A stretch of 57,059 bases of DNA from Promethearchaeota archaeon (GTDB lineage Archaea > Asgardarchaeota > Thorarchaeia > Thorarchaeales > Thorarchaeaceae), in assembly GCA_048937485.1 (NCBI GenBank), contig JBHLND010000001.1, forward strand, positions 1 to 57,059, read 5' to 3'. The translations under genes were made by a program, and so were the position numbers. The notes beneath the pieces were generated by a model. It saw nothing but the letters and a program-made list of their open reading frames with translations, was not told the origin of the DNA and did no database searches. Below, one piece after another: positions 26,006 through 35,332 of this stretch (within the stretch, counting starts at the first letter, position 1; each line of letters starts with the position of its first letter).

Positions 26006-27301
26006 TTACATGTGAATTAAAGCAGCATCTGGCACCTCTTGAAATATCTCCCTTGCAGCTCGTCCCACTTTTGTTCGATGTTCATCAAATGTGTAAACAC
26101 GAATCACATCAAGATATACCTTCATCATTTCCGCAATGTTTGAATACTCAGAAAGGTCATGCGGTACTTTTCTCCCGTCAATTATCTCGAAAATCTTTAT
26201 CTCCATTGGATTGAGTTGATGCGGATTGTATGGAACCGAGGGGAGGGTTGGAACATCAACTATCACCTCATCTGATGAAACTCCTGCAACATCTGCAATT
26301 TCTTCTTCTATGCTTTCTCGAACCTTACGTTTAGTGAGTACTTTCGAAACAAATCTATCTTCAGTGTGCAGGACTTTTTCGAAGGCTGATTTGTAGAGTA
26401 CACGCGAATCTAGCATATTGACCATTTTAACGGCCTCCTTCGCATCTTCGGATTCAGTCGGATCAATTCGTCTAATCTGAGAGATTAATGACATATCATC
26501 CAGTACAAGAAACTCTTCGGGTGTTGAGAAACCGGTTAGGTTTAGCACACTATTTGCGGCGTTCATCATCTTCACAAGCATAATCTCAACACTACGGACA
26601 GTCTTGTGATAGTACACATTGAGAAACATCTCATAACGCGCAACAAGAAAAGACTCAAGTGCACCACGTGCTGCTAAGTCGAACTGCAGGACCAAATCTT
26701 TGGACGCTTCCATGCTGTTAATTAGTCGATGGATATCTACGAGACCGTAATTCACTCCGCAATAGAAGGAGTCTCTGATTAGGTAGTCCATCTTATCTGC
26801 ATCTACTTGACCTGCCACTATTGAGCTTACAATAGAATCAGTTTTTCTCTTACGACGTCCGCGAACAAGATTTGCTATCCTGTTCTTTGATACACCGCCA
26901 TCTTCAAGCAAATCACCAAGCTCGCTCTTGCGGATTATCCACTCAGTTACATCCTCATGATTCCATCCTCTTTGCTCAATCAGAGATTCTTCGAACACAT
27001 GACTGAAAGGGCCATGCCCCACATCATGTAGCAATCCTGCAATGCGTACTTCTTGTAAAGTATCGTTCCCAAGACCCAGACTTCCAAGAAGTCGTTTTCC
27101 TACCATCCCTGCTAGATACATCGCACCAATACAGTGGCCAAAACGTGTATGCTCAGCAGTCGGATACACAAAGTGGCCACCCGAGAGTTGCTTTATTCGT
27201 CTTAGTCTTTGGTATGGAACAGAATTGATTACCTTGGCTTCAATTTCAGTCAGTCCAATGAATCCATGGATGGGGTCGTTGATTTCCATATCGAAGTTCA
27301 T
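26006..27301 (-). CDS. HD-domain phosphohydrolase (SAMHD1/dNTPase-like, COG1078 type)
   Basis: RFGHCIGAMYLAG, LLHDVGHGPFSH and DADKMDYLIRDS motifs. Confidence 0.85.
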   Translation of the reverse strand: MNFDMEINDPIHGFIGLTEIEAKVINSVPYQRLRRIKQLSGGHFVYPTAEHTRFGHCIGAMYLAGMVGKRLLGSLGLGNDTLQEVRIAGLLHDVGHGPFSHVFEESLIEQRGWNHEDVTEWIIRKSELGDLLEDGGVSKNRIANLVRGRRKRKTDSIVSSIVAGQVDADKMDYLIRDSFYCGVNYGLVDIHRLINSMEASKDLVLQFDLAARGALESFLVARYEMFLNVYYHKTVRSVEIMLVKMMNAANSVLNLTGFSTPEEFLVLDDMSLISQIRRIDPTESEDAKEAVKMVNMLDSRVLYKSAFEKVLHTEDRFVSKVLTKRKVRESIEEEIADVAGVSSDEVIVDVPTLPSVPYNPHQLNPMEIKIFEIIDGRKVPHDLSEYSNIAEMMKVYLDVIRVYTFDEHRTKVGRAAREIFQEVPDAALIHM

Positions 27302-27321
27302 CCGAGTTCCTCACATCTTCG

Positions 27322-28062
27322 TTAAATCTGGGGATTGAAGGCGCGAATTTCACGAATCAAATCCTCGGATTTTAGTTCTGATAAACAGAGCGGTAAGTGA
27401 ATACTATCTGCAATCTTTACAGCAAGAGGATCCAAATCCATAACCCCTTGTAATATTACTACTGCCGGTTTTACAGCTGCTGAGGTTCCAATCTGACTAG
27501 CTTTAATTGCAACCATTGGAGAGCGACCAGTAGAAACATTCGTTAGAACAGCTGCACGTTGAGTAGTTCCTCCGTATAAACGCAATAGCTGTTGTGGAGT
27601 CATATTTACAATGGCTTTGATGCTATCCAGTGCTGTATATCCATAGATGTCCCTGTCCAGCAGATTGCCATGAGTTAGCACTTTGCAACCAAGGAAGTCT
27701 ATTAGCAAACGTGCAGGAACTGGCAAACCAAATTCACGACTATCGAGAATTGCATCTGATGCAATTTCGGGAGCAATAAGCTTCTCTAGGGCCATAGCAA
27801 CACGACCACCACTTGCCGCATCCATTTCTATGAGCCCTTCGATAAATCTCCTAATAGTTTCGACCCGAGGCGATTTTCTTCTCCCACTTTCATAGTCGCT
27901 TATCACGGAAGGTGAAACCCCAAGGTGCTTTGCCAAGTGTTTTTGAGAAATCTGGAAGCGTTCCCGCCATCGTTTCATGATAGCACCAGGATCATTCTCA
28001 GCGAGGCATATCTCTCCCGCCATTGCTTCTGCAAGTCTGTGGATTGCCTCACTATCATCCAT
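27322..28062 (-). CDS. XRE-type HTH transcriptional regulator with an archaeal C-terminal domain
   Basis: ISQKHLAKHLGVSPSVISDYESGRRKSP helix-turn-helix. Start taken at ATG 28062 (MDDSEAIH). Confidence 0.75.
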   Translation of the reverse strand: MDDSEAIHRLAEAMAGEICLAENDPGAIMKRWRERFQISQKHLAKHLGVSPSVISDYESGRRKSPRVETIRRFIEGLIEMDAASGGRVAMALEKLIAPEIASDAILDSREFGLPVPARLLIDFLGCKVLTHGNLLDRDIYGYTALDSIKAIVNMTPQQLLRLYGGTTQRAAVLTNVSTGRSPMVAIKASQIGTSAAVKPAVVILQGVMDLDPLAVKIADSIHLPLCLSELKSEDLIREIRAFNPQI

Positions 28063-28176
28063 ACATGCTTTTGAGAGCGCGTTGTTGATAAGACTTGTGC
28101 AGCAGCAAACTGAAATAACCAATAACACCGAAGCACTCAAAGAGCAATCTGTTGTGAAAGGACACCGGTTAAGTCA

Positions 28177-28941
28177 ATGTTCTTCACGTTTCTGGTTGGT
28201 ACCGCAGGATCTGGGAAATCGATGCTCACAGCGTCCCTCGAGAAATGGCTTGTCAATGCAGATGTAAGTGTCACAGTTGTCAATCTTGATCCTGGAGTTG
28301 AAGACCCGCCCTACACAAGCGATGTTGACATCAGAGAACATGTTGACTATGGAGAAGTAATGAATAGCTTTGGCCTTGGTCCCAATGGTGCATTGGTTGC
28401 ATCATTAGACATGGCTGTTGGACTTGTAGGCGATTTGAGAGACGAAATTGTGGATACAGGCCGAGACTATGTTCTTGTTGATTGTCCAGGACAAATGGAG
28501 CTTTTCGCTTATCGAAGCTCTGGTCCACTCATGGTTTCAAGCCTCAGTTCTCAAGAGCCTTCATTATCTCTATACCTACTTGACTCGAATATCGCACGAA
28601 CACCTTCAGGCTATCTCTCCTCAATGCTTCTTGGCATGTCCATACACATGCGCTTTGGACTTCCACAACTCAACATATTGAGCAAGCCTGATCTCCTGAC
28701 AGAGGAACAGATTGAGGAGATTGTTTCTTGGTCAACGGATTCTTACTTGCTCGAGGCTGCCCTTGATGAACTATCAGAGGGTCTTATTCGCGAGTATTCC
28801 GGTGCAATACTTAGAATGCTGGATGATATTGGAGGAGAGAGCAGCATAATTCCCGTTTCTGCCAAGCTAATGACTGGAATAGAACCACTATATGGCGAGA
28901 TGCAGAGAGCTTTCCTAGGCGGAGACAATCTGATTGTGTGA
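28177..28941 (+). CDS. GPN-loop GTPase
   Basis: GTAGSGKS, GPNGA and DCPGQMELF motifs. Confidence 0.85.
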   Translation: MFFTFLVGTAGSGKSMLTASLEKWLVNADVSVTVVNLDPGVEDPPYTSDVDIREHVDYGEVMNSFGLGPNGALVASLDMAVGLVGDLRDEIVDTGRDYVLVDCPGQMELFAYRSSGPLMVSSLSSQEPSLSLYLLDSNIARTPSGYLSSMLLGMSIHMRFGLPQLNILSKPDLLTEEQIEEIVSWSTDSYLLEAALDELSEGLIREYSGAILRMLDDIGGESSIIPVSAKLMTGIEPLYGEMQRAFLGGDNLIV

Positions 28942-29987
28942 GTAGTGATGCGCTGTTGAGCAAGTATTTTGCCTTGGTCTCTGGTGAAGAAATAACACTT
29001 GCACAAGCTGAAGTTGAATCCACTCTCCAAATAATAGACCCTAAAGCCAAGATTGCTTGGGTCGGAGCCCTAGGACTTCTCGAAACCACAAATCAAGCTG
29101 TGAGATTTCTTCTTTCGAGAGCAGCGACAGTAAAAGAAGCAGGACATGTGATTGACATATCACACTCAAAGGAAGAATCCATGGACTGGGTTTCAGATGA
29201 GAAACTGCTTTCAGCAGTTTCTCATTCCAAAACCTTCTACATCACATCCAAATCCATGATTTCTGAGAAGAAAATCGAACACAGGAAGAGACTAACTGAC
29301 CAACTGGGTACCAAAATAGGGAACTTGACTGGAGCCAGAGTTTCCTCCAAGCTTCCTGATATCAACATACTTGTGATACTGACATCAGCTGGAACTTTCG
29401 TCTGTAAGACTGTAATCTCACAAGTACGCAAGTCCCTTCTTAGCAAAAATCCCTCCACAAAACCCTTCTTTCATCCATCAATGATGAATGCCCAATTAGC
29501 TAGAGTAATGTGTAACCTTGCTGGAGTAATGCCAGGGGATGTTGTAATTGACCCCTTTTGTGGCAGTGGTGGAATTCTTTCTGAAGTTGCCTCATTAGGA
29601 GCAAGAACCATTGGAATTGATCTCAATTGGCGTTTAGTCATGGGTGCCCAAGCAAACCTCCGAGATGAAAGATTCAGGGAATACTCTCTTATCCAAGGCG
29701 ATGCACGAAATATCCCAATTATCCTAGGGGGATGTGACAGTATTGTAACGGACCCCCCCTACGGGCGTGTTAGTTCGACTAGAGGTTCCGCAGCAGCAGA
29801 ATTGGTGACAGCCTTCCTTGAAACCGTTCCTTCTCTCCTAAAAAGAAATGGGCGACTATGCATAGGGGGAAGTAGTCAAATGAAACTCGCCGAACTGGCT
29901 ACTACTCTCGGACTAGAATGTATACACCATATCCCTGTTCGAGTTCACAGAGGTCTCGTACGTGATATTGTCACACTGAAGACCTAG
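28938..29987 (+). CDS. tRNA (guanine-N2)-methyltransferase, Trm11/Trm-G10-like (THUMP + SAM methyltransferase)
   Basis: DPFCGSGGIL (SAM motif I) and VTDPPYG (motif IV). GTG start overlaps the upstream stop codon (GTGA). Confidence 0.8.
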   Translation: MSSDALLSKYFALVSGEEITLAQAEVESTLQIIDPKAKIAWVGALGLLETTNQAVRFLLSRAATVKEAGHVIDISHSKEESMDWVSDEKLLSAVSHSKTFYITSKSMISEKKIEHRKRLTDQLGTKIGNLTGARVSSKLPDINILVILTSAGTFVCKTVISQVRKSLLSKNPSTKPFFHPSMMNAQLARVMCNLAGVMPGDVVIDPFCGSGGILSEVASLGARTIGIDLNWRLVMGAQANLRDERFREYSLIQGDARNIPIILGGCDSIVTDPPYGRVSSTRGSAAAELVTAFLETVPSLLKRNGRLCIGGSSQMKLAELATTLGLECIHHIPVRVHRGLVRDIVTLKT

Positions 29988-30403
29988 TCTAATACAATTC
30001 GTCCATTCTTTGTGGGAGGTACAAACCATTTTAGGAAGGCTCCAAGTTCCTCATCGTCTGCAAAACCAATAGAAATCCAAATTGATCCAAGAGGCGGCTC
30101 CTCCTCTCTGTCATCTACTAGTCGAAGTTTTCCATAGTATGCGGCCTGCTTATCAACCAGTATTCTTGTTTCCAATCCAATCAGGTTTCTTAGGATTGAT
30201 GAACGAGCCGTATCTATGATACGGCTCGAATGAATTGCATTGCGGACCAATTCGAGAGATTCCTTTCTGTCAGTATTCATTGATACTACACAATCTTCAA
30301 ACCGATACTTTGTATCTTTCCCAGGGAAGAAATTGGTCAATGCTGATAGAATTCTATTCTCGTCTTCAGTTGGAAATACCTGACAACGAACACCCACATA
30401 CAT
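29984..30403 (-). CDS. UPF0201/COG1931-like putative RNA-binding protein
   Basis: N-terminal VRCQVFPTEDENRI resembles archaeal UPF0201 proteins. It lies directly downstream of the UPF0200-type kinase, as in other archaea. Confidence 0.5.
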   Translation of the reverse strand: MYVGVRCQVFPTEDENRILSALTNFFPGKDTKYRFEDCVVSMNTDRKESLELVRNAIHSSRIIDTARSSILRNLIGLETRILVDKQAAYYGKLRLVDDREEEPPLGSIWISIGFADDEELGAFLKWFVPPTKNGRIVLD

Positions 30404-30943
30404 TCAGGTCAGTTCCTCCACAATCTCCTTTGAGATGCTTCGAAGGTCCTCAATTGTACCTTCGTTGACAATCATAATATCACTAAGCGAAATCACATTA
30501 CCAAGACCAACAGAGAGCTCTCGAATATCCCGTTCTCTGAAAGTTTCCCAATCTTCCGGGTCATCATCACGTTGCCGTTGGCGGAGTCGTTCGAATCTTG
30601 CTTTAGGTGAAGAATGTACGCAGATTATCGATACACTCTCTGCACAATCATCAAACACATCAATCTCCGCAAGACTTCTGCACCCCTCAATGACAACTAT
30701 AGGCGAATCAAGACTCACCAAATCGCCAACGCAGCGCTTAGCTACAGCTCCGGGTCCATCCTTTTCTCTGAGTTCAAGCATGACTCTTCTTGTGTTTGCA
30801 GGGGTTTCTTCAAGACCTCGTCGCCTGACTTCCTTTCGGATAACATCGCCCATCACAATCACAGGAATGCTTGCTTTTTGGAATGCATCTGCAACCTCAC
30901 TTTTTCCAGCTCCTGGCATTCCTGTCATTATTATTAGTTTCAT
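30404..30943 (-). CDS. P-loop nucleotide kinase, UPF0200 / dephospho-CoA-kinase-like
   Basis: MKLIIMTGMPGAGKSEV from ATG 30943; VMGDVIRKE; RFERLRQRQRDDDP...RDIRELS. Confidence 0.7.
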   Translation of the reverse strand: MKLIIMTGMPGAGKSEVADAFQKASIPVIVMGDVIRKEVRRRGLEETPANTRRVMLELREKDGPGAVAKRCVGDLVSLDSPIVVIEGCRSLAEIDVFDDCAESVSIICVHSSPKARFERLRQRQRDDDPEDWETFRERDIRELSVGLGNVISLSDIMIVNEGTIEDLRSISKEIVEELT

Positions 30944-31112
30944 CTTTGTTTCACCAAATATCAGCAAGCCCAGCAGTTGTCTTGTCCGACTTCCTCTCTG
31001 CGTTTTTCTAGTTCCTTGCAGATTTGAGTGTCCTTTAAGAGTTGCTTTGGTTAGAGTATACATAATCATCAGCTCATGAAGACATTATGTAATGAAGGAT
31101 TGAGATTGAAAG

Positions 31113-31676
31113 ATGGCTGAGAAAATCAGGGCATTTCTAAGTGTGGATATCGACGATAATCTGCTTCTTTCAAGAATTAAGGAAATCCAAGGAAGACTAA
31201 ACACAAGTGCCATGAAGATTAAAGCGGTCGAGATCAACAATATTCACTTCACGCTTCGCTTCTTTGGCGACACTGAAATGTCTATGATTAGACAGATGCA
31301 TGAAACACTATCTAGAATTAAACTCGACAAATTTCAAATCCAAATTGAAGGTGTTGGAGCTTTCCCAACTGTGCGTCGTCCACGAGTAATATGGGTAGGA
31401 GTTGCTCAAGGAAACAATCATTTCAATCATCTGAAGTTAGAGATAGAAACCGGACTGAAGACTATTGGCTACAAACCAGACAAAAGGTTCCACGCTCACG
31501 CAACAATTGCACGAGTTCGTGAGGTAAGGGATCGGGATGAAGTCGTCAAGAACCTCGAATCGCTAACTAACGAATTAATTGGAACCATGCAAGTTTCGGG
31601 CTTTAGAATGACTGGGAGTACGCTGACTTCTCATGGACCAATTTATGAAACAGTCTGGGAGATTCCACTTCGCTAA
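31113..31676 (+). CDS. thpR: RNA 2',3'-cyclic phosphodiesterase (2H family, ThpR/LigT)
   Basis: Two HxT motifs: HFTLRF and HATIARV. Confidence 0.85.
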   Translation: MAEKIRAFLSVDIDDNLLLSRIKEIQGRLNTSAMKIKAVEINNIHFTLRFFGDTEMSMIRQMHETLSRIKLDKFQIQIEGVGAFPTVRRPRVIWVGVAQGNNHFNHLKLEIETGLKTIGYKPDKRFHAHATIARVREVRDRDEVVKNLESLTNELIGTMQVSGFRMTGSTLTSHGPIYETVWEIPLR

Positions 31677-31712
31677 AAGCCTTTAGAAGCATGACATACT
31701 CCGGAATAGAAA

Positions 31713-31821
31713 TGGTGGGCCGGGGGCGACTTGAACGCCCGATCTCTTGCATATTGTGGCTTGAGGCAAAGAACCACTAGCCGCCCCAAGCAAGAATCAT
31801 ACCAAGCTAGACTACCGACCC
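31713..31821 (-). tRNA. tRNA-Pro (anticodon GGG) with a canonical-position intron; CCA encoded
   Basis: Acceptor GGGTCGG/CCGGCCC; anticodon stem CTTGC/GCAAG with loop TTGGGG-[32 nt]-T; T-arm GGGCG-TTCAAGT-CGCCC; discriminator A plus CCA. Confidence 0.85.
31752..31783 (-). other. tRNA-Pro intron (32 nt, after position 37)
   Basis: 39 nt lie between the anticodon-stem strands where 7 are expected. The register is fixed by the D-stem and a 5-nt variable loop. Confidence 0.65.
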
Positions 31822-31994
31822 ATGCCTTGAGCTAGAAGAGCTGAATCCGGAATTAAAGATAAACGTTGTTACATGATTCCATGCAGATGAATTAGAACAC
31901 GTGTTCTGACTTACACGCAAGGAGTTCTATCGCCTTCTCATCTAAACTTATCAGGCGCCATTTCCCAAAGCAGCCTATTCTCAAGAAGGAAACA

Positions 31995-33068
31995 ATGAGG
32001 CGACACTACTTCATGTCTACAGACCTGGTATTCCATGATATCTTCACAAAGCATGTAATGACCCCCGGACACCCGGAACGGCCCGAGCGTCTAATAGTAT
32101 CAATGGACTACATAACAAAAGCTGGACTTCTTGACAAGTCCAACGTAAGCCTCATTGAACCAAGCAAGGCTGAGCTGCATGCCATAATTCCACTTCATTC
32201 TCGTGAGTATCTTGAGTTGATTAGGACGAAATCTGAGAGAGGCGGTGGCTACTTCACCAGCGATAATGTTGTCAATGAATACACCTACGATGCCGCATTA
32301 ACAGCCGCAGGGGGAAGTATCCTTGCAGTTGATAGAGTACTGGATAATCTAAGTTGCAATGCCTATGTTATGTGTAGACCACCTGGTCATCATGCAGAGT
32401 ATAATAGAGCCTTTGGATTCTGTTTCATCAATAACATTGCTGTTGCAGCAAATCATCTAGTCCAAAACAGGGGTATGAAGCGCATATTGATTCTGGACTA
32501 TGACGCCCACCATGGTAATGGAACACAGAATGCATTCTACTCTAGCAACCAAGTATTGTACATTGGAATGCATCAAGACGGACGCACCCTATTCCCCGGA
32601 TCTGGCTTCCCGCATGAGATAGGCAACGGCAAGGGTTTGGGCTATAATGTTAATCTCTCTATGTACCCAGGAGCTGGTGACAGATCCTACATGATGGCAT
32701 TTGATGAAATCATTGATCCCATTTGTGCTGCATTCAAACCTGAGTTTGTATTAGTTTCAGCGGGATATGACGGCCACTTTGAAGACCATCTGACATCTCT
32801 TGGATTGACAACTGGTGGTTTTGCCAAGATTAACTCACGACTTCATTCCATTGCAAGGGAGTTCTCCGAAGGAAGGATTGCAGTGTTCCTAGAAGGAGGT
32901 TACAACCTGGACATAGTAGCAAAGGGCTCACAGAATCTCTTGGAGGAACTATCGAGCTCTACTATCTCTAAATTTGGGGACTCTTATACAGAGAGTCAAA
33001 ACTGTACTGAACATAATATGGCAGTGATAGATGTTCTCAAGAAATACCTTCAGAAAACCTTCTTCTAA
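31995..33068 (+). CDS. Histone deacetylase / acetylpolyamine amidohydrolase family protein
   Basis: RPPGHHA, DYDAHHGNGTQ and LEGGY motifs. ATG at 31995 or 32013. Confidence 0.85.
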   Translation: MRRHYFMSTDLVFHDIFTKHVMTPGHPERPERLIVSMDYITKAGLLDKSNVSLIEPSKAELHAIIPLHSREYLELIRTKSERGGGYFTSDNVVNEYTYDAALTAAGGSILAVDRVLDNLSCNAYVMCRPPGHHAEYNRAFGFCFINNIAVAANHLVQNRGMKRILILDYDAHHGNGTQNAFYSSNQVLYIGMHQDGRTLFPGSGFPHEIGNGKGLGYNVNLSMYPGAGDRSYMMAFDEIIDPICAAFKPEFVLVSAGYDGHFEDHLTSLGLTTGGFAKINSRLHSIAREFSEGRIAVFLEGGYNLDIVAKGSQNLLEELSSSTISKFGDSYTESQNCTEHNMAVIDVLKKYLQKTFF

Positions 33069-35311
33069 GCATCCCTTGGGTCGAAATCCTCAAGCAAAGT
33101 CTGTATTGGATCAAGAGCATCAACCTCTTCCAGAGCATCTGAGTCTTGCTGAGTTGACTTGACTTGAACTCCCAATTGCCGCTTGATAGACTCTGCAATC
33201 GCATTGCCTATGGTGGGAATCCGCGCTAGTTCCTCAATAGGCGCATGATAGAGGTCTGCCACTGTCTTCATTCCGTGACTATTCAGCATCCTCCCTCTTA
33301 CTCGCCCAATCCCTCTAAGGCTGACCAACTCAAGAATGTCCTCTTTTACTCCATGTTTCAACTGAGAACGAAGATTGTGCAGAAACGGAATATGTTGACC
33401 CTTGTTAATCACTTTGGCTATTTCCGAAGCAGAATAGGCCAACCATTCAGCACCTCGCACATACCTGTGGACATCCCCCATGCCAACTCCATAGTCATCT
33501 GTTAGGTCTTTCTCAGACCGTTCTGACATCCAATCTATGAGAAGTCGAGCAGTCTTGACCTCTGAGAGAAAATTAGCATAATCCTCTGGGAATTCCCAAT
33601 TATCTGGCAGATCGATAAGAAACTCAGAAATATGGTCATCAACATAGAACTCGTAATCTTCAGCTTCAGACCTTGTAAGGTATGTGATAGGCTGGTCTGA
33701 GCTATGACATATCAAATGCAGTATCCCCAAAGGACTCAATGACTCAGCGTCCGCCAAAGCATCCCGAAATAGGATAGCTGTCGAGGGGTCAATATACAAT
33801 CTTGATGTTCGCTTACCCAAATGGGTTGCAGAATATGATTCCTCTTCATCACATTCAATCAATTCACCTTCTTCAAGAAAGGTCAGAGCAGAGGAAATGT
33901 GGTGATCGATTTCCCACTTGTCAAACTGATGCGAGAAGAACGTGCTTCCAATCAGGTCATCGATTTCGGAACGTGTGCGAGTCATCTCAGTAGCTATCGC
34001 TGCTAACACGTGAAACCGGACTGCCTGCGGTGCAGCTAGTTTGGATGTTATTATCTCAGGATCTGAGAGAACATAGCGACTAACGAGGAAGTCCTGTTCT
34101 TGTTCCGATCTAGCAAAAAGTATTGCTTCGCCATACTTATCGTACTTTGGTCTTCCTGCCCGTCCTGCCATTTGCTTGTACTCTAAGACTGGTATCGGAT
34201 AGCTACCTCTACCCTGTTCGAACCTCCTATAGTCACGAATCACAACTCGTCTGGCTGGAAGATTCACACCTGCTGCCAACGTTGGTGTAGCAACAATCAC
34301 CTTCAGAAGGTCCTGCTTGAATCCATCTTCTATCAATGCACGTTCGGTATTGTCGAGACCGGCATGGTGGAAAGCTACCCCTGATGTAACAAGCCGACCT
34401 AGTGTCTTAGAAGCTTCAGGGGCCGATGTCTTTCCAGCAATCCTTTTCGCAATGATTGCCAGATTTTGCTGAGCTTCCTTTCTAATGTATGGACGAACAG
34501 ATGATGCAATTTTCTTAGCCATAGCAACTGTTGATCGTCGACTAGAAACAAAAACCAGTGATTGACCTCCCTCGTCCAATATGTCACAAATGATGTCAGC
34601 AACATCCTCGCGTCTCTTTCTCCTGATTTGCCTTGTTTCCCCACTACCAAAAGTAATCTCATCATCTAAGAATACCCCCTCAGTGAGTGGCACAGGACGC
34701 CATGTGCTTTTGACAAGCTCAGCATCGAGCCAACCTGCAATATCATCGGCATTGGAGATTGTTGCACTCAAAGCTACAACCTGAACCCCGGTAATAGCTT
34801 TCATCAACTTTGCAAGGACCATTTCCAAGGTGGGACCTCGTTTCGGATCATTGACTAGATGTACTTCATCAACAACTATGATTCCAATCTCATCGAGCCA
34901 ATCAACCTTATGACGAACTAGAGAATCTGCTCGTTCAGTTGTCAGAACAACGATGTCTGCCTCCTTCAATCTAACTCCAGGTGAGTCATAATCACCCACT
35001 GACATTGCAGTCTGGATTCCAAGAGAATCATATTTCTTAAAATCCGAATACTTCTCCCGAGCAAGGGACCTCAAAGGAACGAGATAGAGTGCTTTCCCTC
35101 GACCCTCCAAAATGGACTTCATCATACAGATTTCTGCGACTAGAGTCTTTCCTGCACTCGTGGGGACAGCCAAAACCAGGTTTTTGCCATCCAAAACCCC
35201 CGTGCCAAAAGCAGACTCTTGAGGTGGATATAGGTCTGAGAAGCCAAGTTCATGTAGCACATTCAAGACTTTCTCATTAACAGGAAGCTCCTTTATTCGC
35301 GTAGTTCTCAT
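33065..35311 (-). CDS. hel308: Ski2-like DNA helicase Hel308
   Basis: PTSAGKT, DEVH, SAT and HHAGL motifs, plus the C-terminal HhH-type region typical of Hel308. Confidence 0.85.
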   Translation of the reverse strand: MRTTRIKELPVNEKVLNVLHELGFSDLYPPQESAFGTGVLDGKNLVLAVPTSAGKTLVAEICMMKSILEGRGKALYLVPLRSLAREKYSDFKKYDSLGIQTAMSVGDYDSPGVRLKEADIVVLTTERADSLVRHKVDWLDEIGIIVVDEVHLVNDPKRGPTLEMVLAKLMKAITGVQVVALSATISNADDIAGWLDAELVKSTWRPVPLTEGVFLDDEITFGSGETRQIRRKRREDVADIICDILDEGGQSLVFVSSRRSTVAMAKKIASSVRPYIRKEAQQNLAIIAKRIAGKTSAPEASKTLGRLVTSGVAFHHAGLDNTERALIEDGFKQDLLKVIVATPTLAAGVNLPARRVVIRDYRRFEQGRGSYPIPVLEYKQMAGRAGRPKYDKYGEAILFARSEQEQDFLVSRYVLSDPEIITSKLAAPQAVRFHVLAAIATEMTRTRSEIDDLIGSTFFSHQFDKWEIDHHISSALTFLEEGELIECDEEESYSATHLGKRTSRLYIDPSTAILFRDALADAESLSPLGILHLICHSSDQPITYLTRSEAEDYEFYVDDHISEFLIDLPDNWEFPEDYANFLSEVKTARLLIDWMSERSEKDLTDDYGVGMGDVHRYVRGAEWLAYSASEIAKVINKGQHIPFLHNLRSQLKHGVKEDILELVSLRGIGRVRGRMLNSHGMKTVADLYHAPIEELARIPTIGNAIAESIKRQLGVQVKSTQQDSDALEEVDALDPIQTLLEDFDPRDA

Positions 35312-35332
35312 CTCCCTTGAAGCATTGATGTA

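Noticed and set aside
30435-31079. 214-aa ORF on the + strand
   Set aside because: It is fully antisense to the well-supported P-loop kinase gene (MKLIIMTGMPGAGKS...). The product is Ser/Arg-rich and low-complexity, which is typical of a shadow ORF.
31822-31994. Possible C/D-box sRNA (ATGA-like and CTGA-like boxes near 31880-31905)
   Set aside because: The box sequences and spacing do not fit the C/D' / C'/D consensus when read carefully.
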